64,000 bases of DNA from Verrucomicrobiia bacterium (GTDB taxonomy: Bacteria > Patescibacteriota > Saccharimonadia > Saccharimonadales > JAGQNK01), in NCBI GenBank assembly GCA_035489575.1, contig DATHJY010000013.1, positions 283,346 to 347,345 on the forward strand. The letters are read 5' to 3'. The translations under genes and the position numbers were made by a program. Position 1 is the first letter of the stretch. Each line of letters begins with the position of its first letter. Below are positions 34,845 to 49,300 of the stretch, one piece after another. The notes under the pieces are model-generated. The model did not search any database, was not told where the DNA came from, and saw nothing but the letters and a program-made list of their open reading frames with translations.

Positions 34845-34995
34845 ATGCCGCAGTGGTTCCAATTGCACTAAAGTACTGTACTCCGAAGAGTACATACCCT
34901 AGTATGATGTCACTTATCTCAATCTTGAGTCGTATCGTAAAAGCCACCGAAGTGGCTATTGTTACTCTATGTTCATCTTAGAAACACTGCGGCAT
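34845..34995 (-). other. 23S rRNA expansion (~150 nt) in the variable helix-63 region
   Basis: It is closed by the perfect 11-bp inverted repeat ATGCCGCAGTG / CACTGCGGCAT. Inside are two UUCG-capped hairpins (CCACuucgGUGG and GUACUCuucgGAGUAC). E. coli has ~75 nt between the flanking conserved blocks; this gene has ~200. Confidence 0.6.
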
Positions 34996-35493
34996 ACCCA
35001 GGCAGACCTTATCCCGAAGTTACGGTCGCTGTATTGCCGAGTTCCTTAACGAAGAATCACTCGTACGCCTTGGTCTTCTCGACCTGAGCACCTGTGTCGG
35101 TTTGCGGTACGGATAGCCATACACATAAGTTATCAAGCTTTTCTAGTCACCACTCTCGCAAGAATCAGCCAATAAAGGCCTCTCATTCGCAGTTGTTACG
35201 CTGCTTAGACGGATATAACCATGAATCCGCTCCTACTAACATGATGCGCACTGATAACAATGTATGACTAGTACGGGAATATTAACCCGTTGTCCATCGC
35301 CTACGCTACGCGCCTCGGCTTAGGACCGACTAACCCTGGGACGATTACCGTGGCCCAGGAAACCTTGCTCTTTCGGCGGGCAGGATTCTCACCTGCCTTG
35401 TGGTTACTCATTCCAGCATTCTCACTTCATACCGCTCCACCGGACCTCACAGTCCGACTTCGATGCAATATGAACGCTCCTCTACCGCTCATG

Positions 35494-35628
35494 CATAGCA
35501 TAAGCAGATCCATGCTTCTGATTTCCGCCATCAGAAAGTCTTTTAGCTCCCTGTCCCTTGGTCAAAATTTCTTTTGGCCGGTGGACCGTTGAGCTCTTAA
35601 GACTGTCGTTGAATCTGCTTATGCTATA
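35494..35628 (-). other. IVS-like insertion (~135 nt) at the tip of 23S helix 45
   Basis: It lies between the conserved blocks CACCGAAG and GGUAGAGGAGCGUUC. It is closed by a perfect 15-bp stem, ATAGCATAAGCAGAT / ATCTGCTTATGCTAT. E. coli has ~28 nt at this position. Confidence 0.65.
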
Positions 35629-36502
35629 CACAAGCCCATATCTTCGGTGCTATGCTTGAGCCCCGTTACATTTTCCGCGCAAGATCTCTTGACGAGTGAG
35701 CTGTTACGCACTCTTTAAATGAATGGCTGCTTCTAAGCCAACATCCTCGTTGTTTAAGAAATCTCACCTCGTTTCCCACTTAGCATAGACTTGGGGACCT
35801 TAGATGATGGTCTGGGCTGTTTCCCTTTCGAGCGCCGAGCTTAGCCCCGACGTTCTAACTGCTGTAGTTCCACTGATAGTATTCGTAGTTTATCAAGGGT
35901 GGGTACCCTTGCGGGCCCCAGTCCGAAACAGAGCTCTACCCCTATCAGCTACCGTACAACGCTAGCCCTAAAGCTATTTCGAGGAGAACCAGCTATCTCC
36001 AAGTTCGATTGGCATTTCACCGCTAACCACAGGTCATCCGGGGGTTTTGCAACACCCTACGGTTCGGTCCTCCACGCAGTTTTACCTGCGCTTCAACCTG
36101 CCCATGGTTAGGTCACTTGGTTTCGGGTCTACTAAACAGTACTATGGTCGGCCTATTCAGCCTCGCTTTCACTACGCGTCCGCCAGATGGCTTACGCTTG
36201 CACTGCTTAAGTAACTCGCTGGATCGTTCTACAAAAAGCACGCCGTCACCCCGAAGGGCTCCGACTCCTTGTACGCACACAAATTCAGGTTCTATTTCAC
36301 TCCCCTTCCGGGGTTCTTTTAACCTTTCCCTCACGGTACTTGTTCTCTATCGATCATAAGATATATTTAGCCTTGGGACGTGGTCGTCCCAGCTTCAGTC
36401 AAGGTTTCACGTGTCCCGACCTACTCGACAAAACAAATATAAGGTTAGCGAAACTTGGCATACCAGGCTTTCACTGTCTATGGCCAGTCTTTCCAGACTA
36501 TT

Positions 36503-36675
36503 CTGCTCGCATCGCTAATTTCTTACCTTATGCAGGTTGGTGATAGCACCTGCTTCCAAAACGGAATTCTAGACTAGGTCTAGTGCTCCGTCTTGGTTGT
36601 TTGTAATGTCACAACCCCTTTTAGATATTCGTCTATCAACTTATCCGTCTGAATTAACAGACAGAAACCTAAAAA
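36503..36675 (-). other. 23S rRNA domain I insertion (~140 nt extra)
   Basis: It lies between GCGAGCGAA..GCCCAAAC and AGUCUGGAAAGACUGGCC. E. coli has ~30 nt there; this gene has ~175. Local hairpins include GGTTGT..ACAACC and CTAGAC..GTCTAG. Confidence 0.5.
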
Positions 36676-37605
36676 GTTTGGGCTCTTGCGGATTCGCTCG
36701 CCACTACTACCGCAATCGTTGTTTACTTTCTATTCCTCGAGGTACTAAGATGTTTCAGTTCCCCCGGTTCCCTTCAACAAGCCTATATATTCAGCTTGAG
36801 ATGACTAGGCATGACCCCAGCCGGATTTCTCCATTCGGACATCTTCGGTTCATAGCTTAGTAAGCAGCTCCCCGAAGCTTTTCGCAGCTTCTCACGTCCT
36901 TCATCGGTATCTTATGTCAAGGCATCCCTTGTGTGCGCTTGAGTAACTTTTTACGATTTCATCCGTTGGGCAAAGCCCAATGAATGATTAGTGCCTGCGG
37001 GACAAAGTCCTGCAGACTCTAAAAGTACAATTGACTAGTTATTGGTATTACCAATAACCTAGTGCAGTTTTACTGCACTAGTATGAAATGTGATAACTGC
37101 TTATGCAGCTTTAAACATTTCATGCCGTTTGCCTTTAATCTCAAAATTTGAATCTAATTGTTAAGATACGACTCAAGACGGCCCACAAAACTATCTTGTT
37201 TCTTAGCACTGTAACTTGAGTTTACGCTAAAAGCTTGGCGGTTTATTACGAGTGCCTCGTGCCTAAACTCAAGCAGCCCAAGCATTTTAGCACTAATAAC
37301 AGAGGCGGTCAACCCTCTGGTGCTGTAAAAGAAGCTACAGTTTATACTCTGTTCTCATCAGTTGTGACGATCTAGGGCTTAACCGACACCGTAGCGAATA
37401 GTAGCTAAAAGGCCCACCTCTATCATTAGCACCCCGTATTGCTAGAGTATGACCCTAGCCGTCAATACAATCCCACTAGACATAGCTTATAGATGCCCTA
37501 CCAATGGCAGGTCATAATAGATACAGTTAAACTATCTCTATGCGTCAAAAACTGTGTATGGTCTTTTGCAAAGAAAAGAGGCGTCTAGTAGACGCCTCTT
37601 TTCTT

Positions 37606-37682
37606 TGGTGGAGCAACGGGGACTCGAACCCCGGACCCCCTGCTTGCAAAGCAGGTGCTCTAGCCAACTGAGCTATTGCCCC
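37606..37682 (-). tRNA. tRNA-Ala (UGC), CCA encoded
   Basis: The reverse complement is GGGGCAATAGCTCAGTTGGCTAGAGCACCTGCTTTGCAAGCAGGGGGTCCGGGGTTCGAGTCCCCGTTGCTCCACCA. The cloverleaf folds by hand and the G3:U70 identity pair is present. Confidence 0.95.
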
Positions 37683-37692
37683 GAATTTTTAA

Positions 37693-37769
37693 TGGTGGGG
37701 CTGAGAGGACTCGAACCTCTGACCTCGTCATTATCAGTGACGCGCTCTAACCAGCTGAGCTACAGCCCC
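37693..37769 (-). tRNA. tRNA-Ile (GAU), CCA encoded
   Basis: The reverse complement is GGGGCTGTAGCTCAGCTGGTTAGAGCGCGTCACTGATAATGACGAGGTCAGAGGTTCGAGTCCTCTCAGCCCCACCA. The discriminator base is A73. Confidence 0.95.
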
Positions 37770-38040
37770 AAAATACCAGCGTATTGTACCTGAAACTCCC
37801 CTGTTAAACAATACCGACCCGACCAAACAAAAAGAACGCCTCTCGCAATTGGCGTCCTTTTTTTGTTTGGAAGTTAAAAACTTCTGTAGTGCTATCAACG
37901 TCAAGTTCGGTTTTCGCTACTGTATCTTGTCCACCGAAGTGGATATTTAAGCTGTCAGTAACGACACAGCTTAACAAGATCGACCTAGCTCACATGGGAT
38001 AAATCCGCATGCTGCTAGTAAATCTCCCTAGAAAGGAGGT

Positions 38041-39530
<1,490 letters not shown>

Positions 39531-39706
39531 AGAATCTATCCTAAAGTTCAGTCAGAAAACTAACTTACTGTTTAAACATAGTTCAAACGCGATGACTTAT
39601 ACCGAAATATAAGCACCACTTGAACTGACGTTGATTTGCACTACATAAGTTTTTAACGATCAATCGTCGGTAGAGACACCCATAGACACCTCAAAAGACT
39701 CCGCGT

Positions 39707-39736
39707 ATCTTAACCTCTTGAGTACTCTTGTGTCAA
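39707..39736 (-). promoter_or_regulatory. Candidate rRNA operon promoter
   Basis: In the RNA sense: TTGACA (39731-39736), 18 nt, TAAGAT (39707-39712), about 180 nt upstream of 16S. Long complementary 5' and 3' flanks (AAAAACTTATGTAGTGCAAATCAACGTCAG... and ...CTTGACGTTGATAGCACTACAGAAGTTTTT) form a processing stem. Confidence 0.45.
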
Positions 39737-39780
39737 GTATTTTCACCACTGACACACTATTTACAACGATAGTGTGCAAT

Positions 39781-42345
39781 TTACGCCGTTACGGACGGGG
39801 TTTCGAGTTCCTCGTCATCGTCTATGACAGTCTTATCTACAAGTGCCAGTGAGACAACATGGTCACCATCGTTCAGTCGCATGATACGGACGCCCTGCGT
39901 TGCGCGGCCTAGTTCGGGAATATTCTTGAGCCCAAGGCGAATCGTCTGCCCCTGTTTAGAGATCAGGATAACTTCCTGTGAATCATCGATAAGCGTCTTC
40001 ACCCCTACAAGACTTCCTGTCTTGGTATTAACCACCGCCGAGCGAATACCTACCCCGCCTCGAGCGTGAGGCGTAAACTGAGATATCTTTGTCCGCTTGC
40101 CGTAGCCATGCTGGCTGATCACGAATATGTTGGAGGCTTTTTCTACAACGTCCATACCAATGACTTGATCGCCTGCTCGCAAACGTATACCACGTACCCC
40201 ACGTGAGACACGTCCCATGGGTCGTGCGTCCTTCTCATGGAAGCGAATAGCTTGTCCCTGTTGAGTCGAGATAACCACCTCGTTATCACCGTTGGTCATA
40301 CGGATCCACTTGAGCTCGTCACCCTCGTCGAGGTTGATGGCTATCAGGCCGCTCTGTCGGACATTTTGGTACTGATCAAATGGTGTTTTCTTGACAACCC
40401 CCCTGACGGTACACATGAGGAGATTACCACCGTTGCTTTGTTTGCTGACATTAATGACCGAGCTAACTGTCTCTTCGGGTTGAAGCTGCAAGAGATTCAC
40501 AAGTGCGATCCCCTTGGCATTCAAGCCAACAGCTGGTACTTCATAGGTCTTGATCCTGAAGACACGACCCTTGTTTGTAAAGAAGAGCAGAAAGTCATGT
40601 GTACTAGCATTGACGACGTGCTCGATAACGTCCTCTTCCCTGGTTACCATACCGCGGCGACCCTTACCTCCACGACCTTGCTTTTTATATTCGGCAATTG
40701 AGCTACGTTTGACGTAATTCGCAGAAGTGAGAGTGACCACCACTTGTTCGTCAGGGACAAGATCTTCGTCGCTCATCTTGCCCAGTTCGCCCGGGATGAC
40801 CCTGGTGCGACGCTCGTCACCATATTGCTTCTTAACCTCAAGTAGCTCATCCCTGATGATCTTGAGGATCTTCTTTTCGTCGGCCAGAATGGCCTCTAGG
40901 CTTATGATGAGCTTCATTAGCTCGGCAAGTTCGTCTTCTATGGCCTGGCGTTGCAACCCCGTAAGGGTGCGCAGCTGCATGGCTAGGATGGCCTTGGCCT
41001 GGATCTCTGAGAGCTTGAACTTGGTTATGAGGTTAGCCTGAGCTTCTTCTGAAGTCTGGCTGGCACGAATGACCCTAATAACTTCATCGATATGATCAAG
41101 TGCTATCTTCAGTCCTTCCAGGACATGTGCGCGATCCTTAGCTTTTCTGAGCTCGAACTCTGTGCGACGACGCACGACAATCTGGCGATGCTTGATATGC
41201 TCCTGCAGGATGTCCTGCAGGCCCAGTACACGTGGCTGGATACCGTCGATAAGTGCCATCATGTTGAAGTGGAAGGTCGACTGCAGTGGTGTCAGCTTAT
41301 AGAGCTGGTTCAGGAGTTTCTTGGGGTAGGCGTCTTTCTTGAGGTCGATGACAATACGCACCGCACCGCGAGCTGTTTCGTCCCGCAAATCGCTAACTCC
41401 AGTAATTCTCTTGGTGTTAACCAGTTCGGCAATCTTTAGAACTAAGTTTTCTTTGTTGAGCGCGTAAGGGATCTCGGTGATAACAATCTGATTGCGACCC
41501 TTTTTACCTTCAGCAATCTCGGCAACTCCCCGCGTAACCACACCGCCACGGCCAGTGGCATAGGCTGTGCGGATCGATTCTTTGCCGTAAATGACACCAC
41601 CGGTTGGGAAGTCAGGACCTTTGACGTGCTCTAGCAGGTCATCCAGGCTCGCCTCCGGATTATCGATGAGCGTAATCTCAGCGTCTACCAGCTCAGAGAG
41701 GTTGTGTGGTGGGATGTTGGTCGCCATACCAACGGCAATACCGAGCTGTCCATTTAGCAGTAGGTTTGGCAGTTTAGCCGGCAGTACAGTTGGTTCAGTC
41801 CGAGTATTGTCGTAGTTCTCGCGGAAGTCGACAGTTTCTTTATCTATATCTGCCAGCGTTTCATCGGCCAGACGGGCCATCTTGGCCTCTGTATAACGCA
41901 TAGCAGCTGGTGGATCACCGTCCATGCTACCGAAGTTACCCTGCCCGTTAATAAGCACGTATCGCATAGCCCAGGGCTGAGCCATACGGACCATTGCATC
42001 GTAGATAGAGGAGTCACCGTGAGGGTGGTAGCGTCCCATTACTTCTCCGACGACATTGGCACTCTTACGGTGCCGCGCCGTGCTACGCAACCCAGACTCG
42101 TTCATGTTATAGAGAATGCGTCGGTGTACCGGCTTCAGCCCGTCACGTACGTCTGGTAGGGCGCGGTCAATAATTACGCTCATGGAATAGCGCAAGTAGC
42201 TATCTTCCATGATGTTTTCAACAGAGCGAAGCTCTACCTGTCGTGAATGATGTAGTCCTTCTATAATCTCCACCCCGGCAGTTTGCGGCTGGGAGTTATC
42301 TACTGATGTATCGTCGTTGGTTGGTGTATTTGTCTCATCGTCCAT
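39781..42345 (-). CDS. gyrA: DNA gyrase subunit A
   Basis: 854 aa. [41 protein letters not shown]. Confidence 0.95.
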   Translation of the reverse strand: MDDETNTPTNDDTSVDNSQPQTAGVEIIEGLHHSRQVELRSVENIMEDSYLRYSMSVIIDRALPDVRDGLKPVHRRILYNMNESGLRSTARHRKSANVVGEVMGRYHPHGDSSIYDAMVRMAQPWAMRYVLINGQGNFGSMDGDPPAAMRYTEAKMARLADETLADIDKETVDFRENYDNTRTEPTVLPAKLPNLLLNGQLGIAVGMATNIPPHNLSELVDAEITLIDNPEASLDDLLEHVKGPDFPTGGVIYGKESIRTAYATGRGGVVTRGVAEIAEGKKGRNQIVITEIPYALNKENLVLKIAELVNTKRITGVSDLRDETARGAVRIVIDLKKDAYPKKLLNQLYKLTPLQSTFHFNMMALIDGIQPRVLGLQDILQEHIKHRQIVVRRRTEFELRKAKDRAHVLEGLKIALDHIDEVIRVIRASQTSEEAQANLITKFKLSEIQAKAILAMQLRTLTGLQRQAIEDELAELMKLIISLEAILADEKKILKIIRDELLEVKKQYGDERRTRVIPGELGKMSDEDLVPDEQVVVTLTSANYVKRSSIAEYKKQGRGGKGRRGMVTREEDVIEHVVNASTHDFLLFFTNKGRVFRIKTYEVPAVGLNAKGIALVNLLQLQPEETVSSVINVSKQSNGGNLLMCTVRGVVKKTPFDQYQNVRQSGLIAINLDEGDELKWIRMTNGDNEVVISTQQGQAIRFHEKDARPMGRVSRGVRGIRLRAGDQVIGMDVVEKASNIFVISQHGYGKRTKISQFTPHARGGVGIRSAVVNTKTGSLVGVKTLIDDSQEVILISKQGQTIRLGLKNIPELGRATQGVRIMRLNDGDHVVSLALVDKTVIDDDEELETPSVTA

Positions 42346-42349
42346 AACT

Positions 42350-44323
<1,974 letters not shown>

Positions 44324-44468
44324 TCAACCCTCTTTTAACACCTTATTTTGCGTTATTTCTAGTATACCCGATTTATCCACTGGCGACAACTGTACGCCCC
44401 TTGTATGAACACATAGATTTATGGTTCAATTAATATAAGTATTTTTATAAAAATTCGGAAAATCAAAA

Positions 44469-45803
44469 ATGTTCAAAAAACTTCTTAGCAACCTACCTTT
44501 CAACCCTAGTCTTATTGGCCAGGTATCTTTCTATGCCAAGAGGATGCATCGCGAGGCCGCTCTGCGCCGCATGGGCGTTGGTATGATGGTTCTTGCTATC
44601 TTGGTACAAGTATTTGCCGTGGTATCACCCCCCGAACCAACCTTGGCTGAGTCCAATAACGATATTGTTAAGGGTGGTTTTACGACACGTGACGAGGCGG
44701 TTAACCACTGCCGGAGCAATACTAAAGATTTTGCCAATATCCTAGTTCACTATGGAGTCACCTGCGAAGCCCTCGGGAGAGGCGTCACTAAAACTATCTC
44801 CACGACAGACAAACGGCTCGACTCCCTAGGAAGAGTTGCTCAGGGGCCAACTATAGCGCGCACCGGAAAGCCGACCGAGGAGTATCCGATCACAATCAAT
44901 GGCACCGAATACTACATGAAAAATCTATGGGCATGGGACTCTGGTTCGTCTTCGAGCTATAAGGTTTTGGAAGTAAAAAACGCTCAAAACCAGACGATTA
45001 TGATCATGTTCAGCTGCGGCAATATTGTAACCATCGACAAGTACACACCTCCTCCCCCACCCGAAAAACCAAAGCCAGAGAAACCAAAGGATGTTTGTAC
45101 TAACATTCCTGGTGTCCAAACAACCAAGGAAGAATGCGATACATGCCCGAATGTGCCGGGCACACAGAGCAATAAGAGCGAGTGCTATCCTTGCCCCAAG
45201 GCCAAGGCCACAAACACCACGACTGCCTGCCTAGAACTCAGTAAATCTGCCTCCAATCAAACGCAAAAGATCCAGAATGCTGATAATACAGTCGCCCTAG
45301 CAGATGATGTAATCGTCTACACATTGCGGGTTCAAAATACTGGCACCCAGGCGGTCAAAGGCTTTGTGATAGAAGAAGACCTTTCCGACACGCTTGAATA
45401 CGCCACCGCAACAGACCTATCTGGGGGGCAGCTTGACGCTCAGGGGGTGGTAAGTTGGCCCAAGCAAGACATCGCTGCCGGGACGATCGTAGAGAAGCAC
45501 ATTACGGTAAGGGTTAAGAATCCTATTCCTCAGACACCTGCTTCGGCCTCGGACCCTGGTTCGTTCAACCTTGTTATGACCAATGTATATTACGGAACGG
45601 CCGTAAACATCAAGCTTCCTGCTAGTAGCAGCAAGTCTGTAGAAATGGCCGTAACCAGTATGCCAAATACCGGACCCGGCACTACTCTGGCTATCGGGTT
45701 TATTGTGTTAACGTTTATGGGCTACTTTTTAGCTCGAAGCACATTGCTAGCCAAAGAAGTGGACCTAGTGCGCGCCGACTATACGTCAGTGGAAGGATCG
45801 TAA
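44469..45803 (+). CDS. Surface protein with an N-terminal TM/signal, a Pro-rich linker, Cys-repeat motifs and an LPXTG-like (MPNTG) C-terminal anchor
   Basis: 444 aa. PPPPPEKPKPEKPK; tandem VCTNIPGVQTTKEEC / TCPNVPGTQSNKSEC; the C-terminus SMPNTGPGTTLAIGFIVLTFMGYFLAR is followed by a 21-aa tail. Confidence 0.65.
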   Translation: MFKKLLSNLPFNPSLIGQVSFYAKRMHREAALRRMGVGMMVLAILVQVFAVVSPPEPTLAESNNDIVKGGFTTRDEAVNHCRSNTKDFANILVHYGVTCEALGRGVTKTISTTDKRLDSLGRVAQGPTIARTGKPTEEYPITINGTEYYMKNLWAWDSGSSSSYKVLEVKNAQNQTIMIMFSCGNIVTIDKYTPPPPPEKPKPEKPKDVCTNIPGVQTTKEECDTCPNVPGTQSNKSECYPCPKAKATNTTTACLELSKSASNQTQKIQNADNTVALADDVIVYTLRVQNTGTQAVKGFVIEEDLSDTLEYATATDLSGGQLDAQGVVSWPKQDIAAGTIVEKHITVRVKNPIPQTPASASDPGSFNLVMTNVYYGTAVNIKLPASSSKSVEMAVTSMPNTGPGTTLAIGFIVLTFMGYFLARSTLLAKEVDLVRADYTSVEGS

Positions 45804-45805
45804 AT

Positions 45806-46357
45806 ATGTCAGAAACCCCTCAAAATCACTCTATAGAAAAGAAAAGAATCGAAGCCGTGGAAGCTGCGCCCGCTCCCGAAAAGCACCGTTCAAAAGAGGC
45901 CTCCACCGGCGTTTCCGTCGAGCATGATCACAATATCGATAAAATCCAGGCCAGCATTCACAAAGAGGCTGTTAGCGGCAAAGATGTCGCCATCGAGCAC
46001 CATCGCTCCGAGTCACAACCGGCGCTGGGATTGCAACGTGAGCTAAAAGCAACAGCCTACCAAAAGACACTCCATAAAGTACAAGCCAGACTAAATCCCA
46101 CCCAGCGGTCCTTTAGCAAAGTAATCCACCAGCCGCTTGTCGAGTCCGTCAGTGAAGCGAGTGCTAAGACCGTTGCCCGTCCCTCTGGCATACTCGGTGG
46201 TGGACTTGTAGCACTTATAGGAAGCGGCGGACTCCTTTATATGGCAAAGCACTACGGATTTAAGTACAACTACTTTGTCTTCATTGCTCTCTTTTTGGCA
46301 GGATTCTTGGTTGGATCAGCTATCGAGCTGTCCGTTCGAGCCGTTAAGCGCCGGTAA
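45806..46357 (+). CDS. Hypothetical membrane protein (183 aa, two C-terminal TM helices)
   Basis: ORF track. It starts 2 nt after the previous stop. The C-terminus is GILGGGLVALIGSGGLLYMA ... YFVFIALFLAGFLVGSAIEL. Confidence 0.55.
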   Translation: MSETPQNHSIEKKRIEAVEAAPAPEKHRSKEASTGVSVEHDHNIDKIQASIHKEAVSGKDVAIEHHRSESQPALGLQRELKATAYQKTLHKVQARLNPTQRSFSKVIHQPLVESVSEASAKTVARPSGILGGGLVALIGSGGLLYMAKHYGFKYNYFVFIALFLAGFLVGSAIELSVRAVKRR

Positions 46358-46370
46358 CATACTGGCTACC

Positions 46371-49300
46371 CTATTTGTCTGGTACACCGCGGACGTGTAG
46401 TGTACCCTCTGTATCTATATAAATAGTATCGTCGTTATTACTATCCTTCTTGGGGTTCAGCTGAGCAGCTGCGAGCTGAGCCACATCCTCATCATCGTCC
46501 GCATCCTGGATCTGGGGTTGATCGGTCTGAGGCGGCGCGGGTGCATCAAGCGCATCGCGAGATAGCGTACCAGGTGTTTGGCCACCGGTAGAATTGTTTT
46601 TTGGCTGTGGTTCAACAGGAGCCGGAGGAATAGACGTACCCTTATTCACGGGCGGGAAACCTGGCTCTGGCGGACCCTTGGAAATTTGATGGGCTGTGTT
46701 GGCTTTTTTAGGTGGCTCCATGGGCCTTTCGATGGCCGTAGGCGACACTGGAGCGACTTGTGGCACCCGTGGCTTAACCGGAGCTTGTGGCAGCTGCTGT
46801 GGTGGTGCGAGATGGGACGCTGGTGGTGCTGGAGTGTTTGACCCAACGGGTGCGGGGCTCGTGCGGCGTTTCGCAAGCCAATCGTCCAGGAACGAGCCGG
46901 AACCCGGAGCTGCAGCAGGACGAGGTGGCGCTGGACGGCCACCAGCAGCGCGTGCCGGTAAGCCACCAGCCGGAGGAGGCCCAAGAGGGCCAGGCTGACC
47001 AAATGCCGGTCGAGGCGATTCTTTAGTTGCAAGGCGGGCAAATATATCTGAGGCCACAGCCGATCTTGGTCGTCCGAACTTTGCTGCCGATAGCTGCTTA
47101 AGTGCAAGTGCAAGCTGCGGGTTGGCGTTACCAAGCGGCGGTAGAGTTGCCATGCTAAAGGGTTGTGTTGGCACACCGTTAATGAGCGTCCGGACAACAG
47201 TATTGGCATTGGGCACCCGCAGCAAGTCTTCGCCATCAAAAAATGGCTGGAAGTATCGAGTCAGGGAATCAACGTCGTTCTGCCCCACCCTAAAGGCTAC
47301 AATGCTACCCATGTTGCCAAATACGGCATCACGAATTTCTTCCGAGAGCTGAGTCGTGAACTGGTTGGCAACAATAAGGTTTAGGTGATACTTTCGGGCT
47401 TCGGACATGATGGTGGCAAAAGAATCTGTTGAGAAGTTTTGGAACTCATCAACATAGAGACAAAAGTCCTTTCGTTCGCTCTCTGGGACGTTAGCCCTGC
47501 TCATTGCCGCAGCTTGGAATTTCATAACAAAGATCATACCGAGCAGCTTAGAGTTCAGATCGCCTGTTTTACCCTTGCTCAAGTTAACGAGCAGGATTTT
47601 CTTGTTGTCCATAATTTCACGCAAATTAAACGAGCTCTTACTCTGACCGATAATGTTGCGCATCATCTCGTTAGCCATGAACGCACCGAACTTGCTCACG
47701 AACCAACCCAAGACTTCACTCTTGTGATAATCACTCGTTTGAGCCATTTCTTTATTCCAGAAATCTAGAACAATTTGATCTTTTACGTGCTTCAGTAAAT
47801 CTTTGGCATATTTATTGTCAGTAAACACCTTTGGTATATCAATGAAAGTACCACCGTCAGGATTTGCCATGACCGTCTTGGCGGCCATTCTAAACCAGTG
47901 CTCGTATCGGGGGCCGATAATACCCTGGCGCTGAGGGTCGTACAGCTTATAAAGCATATTAATTGCCTCTTGAATGAGAAAGTCCTGCTGATCAACTGAG
48001 TCAAACTCGAAAAGGTTGAGCCCCATAGGATAATCCATATCTGCTGGGCTAAAGTAGACGACGTCTTCTGTTCGTTCACGCGGCACCATTGATAATAGTT
48101 TTTCGGCAGTATCACCATGCGGGTCAACAAAGGCAAACCCTTCGCCACTCAGCATGTCCTGCAAGGCTAAGTTCTCCAGAAAGGTAGACTTACCAGTACC
48201 CGTCTGACCGACGACATACATATGACGCTGACGATCTTGCAGAGCTATTCTGATTGGCTTTTTTGCCCCTCTGAAAATATTGTAGCCCAGTAATAAACCC
48301 TCGTCAGATACATTACGGGGGCCATCAACTTGTTTTGACGACTGCCGTTCTAGCTGTGACGTTGGGGTGCTACGTTGATCCGGGAAGTGAAACAATGTTG
48401 CGAGCTCTACAGAGTTAAGGATGCTCTGGTTGGAATCCTGTGGGAAAAACCGCATGATATAGGCTGTCGCGAACTGTTCGATGTCTCTAGCGGGTGTGAA
48501 CTTAAAGCCATTCTTGCCAGGAGCGTCGAAAAGCGAGAAGGTGGCAATGATATTCCCAAGGATAGCCTGCGAGCGCTGGGATATATTAGAAGACGCTATG
48601 ACTCGTATTAGTACCTCATAACCCGGATAGCGTGTCTTGTCATCTATAGAGTCAAGAACGGCCTGCTCAAGACTAGACAGCTCTGGCTTGTCGGGTCCCC
48701 CTTTGTCCTTGTCTTCTGGCGGTTTCGTAAAGGCTACTGCCAGCTGCTTCATCCAAAAAGCAACGTTATTAATAAACCCGCTCTTACTATCTTTGCCCTT
48801 CCGTTTTTTGCCAGCCATGGCGGAGGCCGTCTTTCCCCACTCAGGGTTTGCGGGTCGCATCAAGAATTGGATACCGACTCCATCGTCTTTCTCTAGTGTG
48901 GATAAGGCGTTTAGCAGCGAAACCATGGCATCACGCTTGATGTCCTGGTAGGTTGCAATGGGATACGCGTAGTTTTCTTTCAGCGTAAACTCACCACCTG
49001 TTGTCCCACTGATCTTTCCGACTGGACTAAATATATTGTGCTCAGACGCCTCTTCCAGCCGAGCGGCAGGATAGGCACTGATAACTGCCTGTGTCACCAA
49101 ATCGACAAGCGCCACCGGAACGGCTGCATAAAAATGCACGAAGCCCTTGCTACCGACTATCTCAAAAGTAAAGTGTCGTTGGCCATAAAATTTACTTTTA
49201 AAGCCCTTCTGAAGTGAACTAGCGATGATGTTATAAAGGATCTGAGCTTTTGATATATTTTCATCGGCTATATCGCGTATGTCCCTACTGCCTAGATCGA

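Noticed and set aside
37340-37375. A CUGAUGAG hammerhead-like core on the rRNA-sense strand (plus-strand ctcatcag at 37354-37361) within the tRNA-Ala/23S spacer.
   Set aside because: After a 4-bp stem II candidate (ACAG/CUGU), the required CGAAA element and a cleavage-site helix are missing. It is probably a chance 8-mer.
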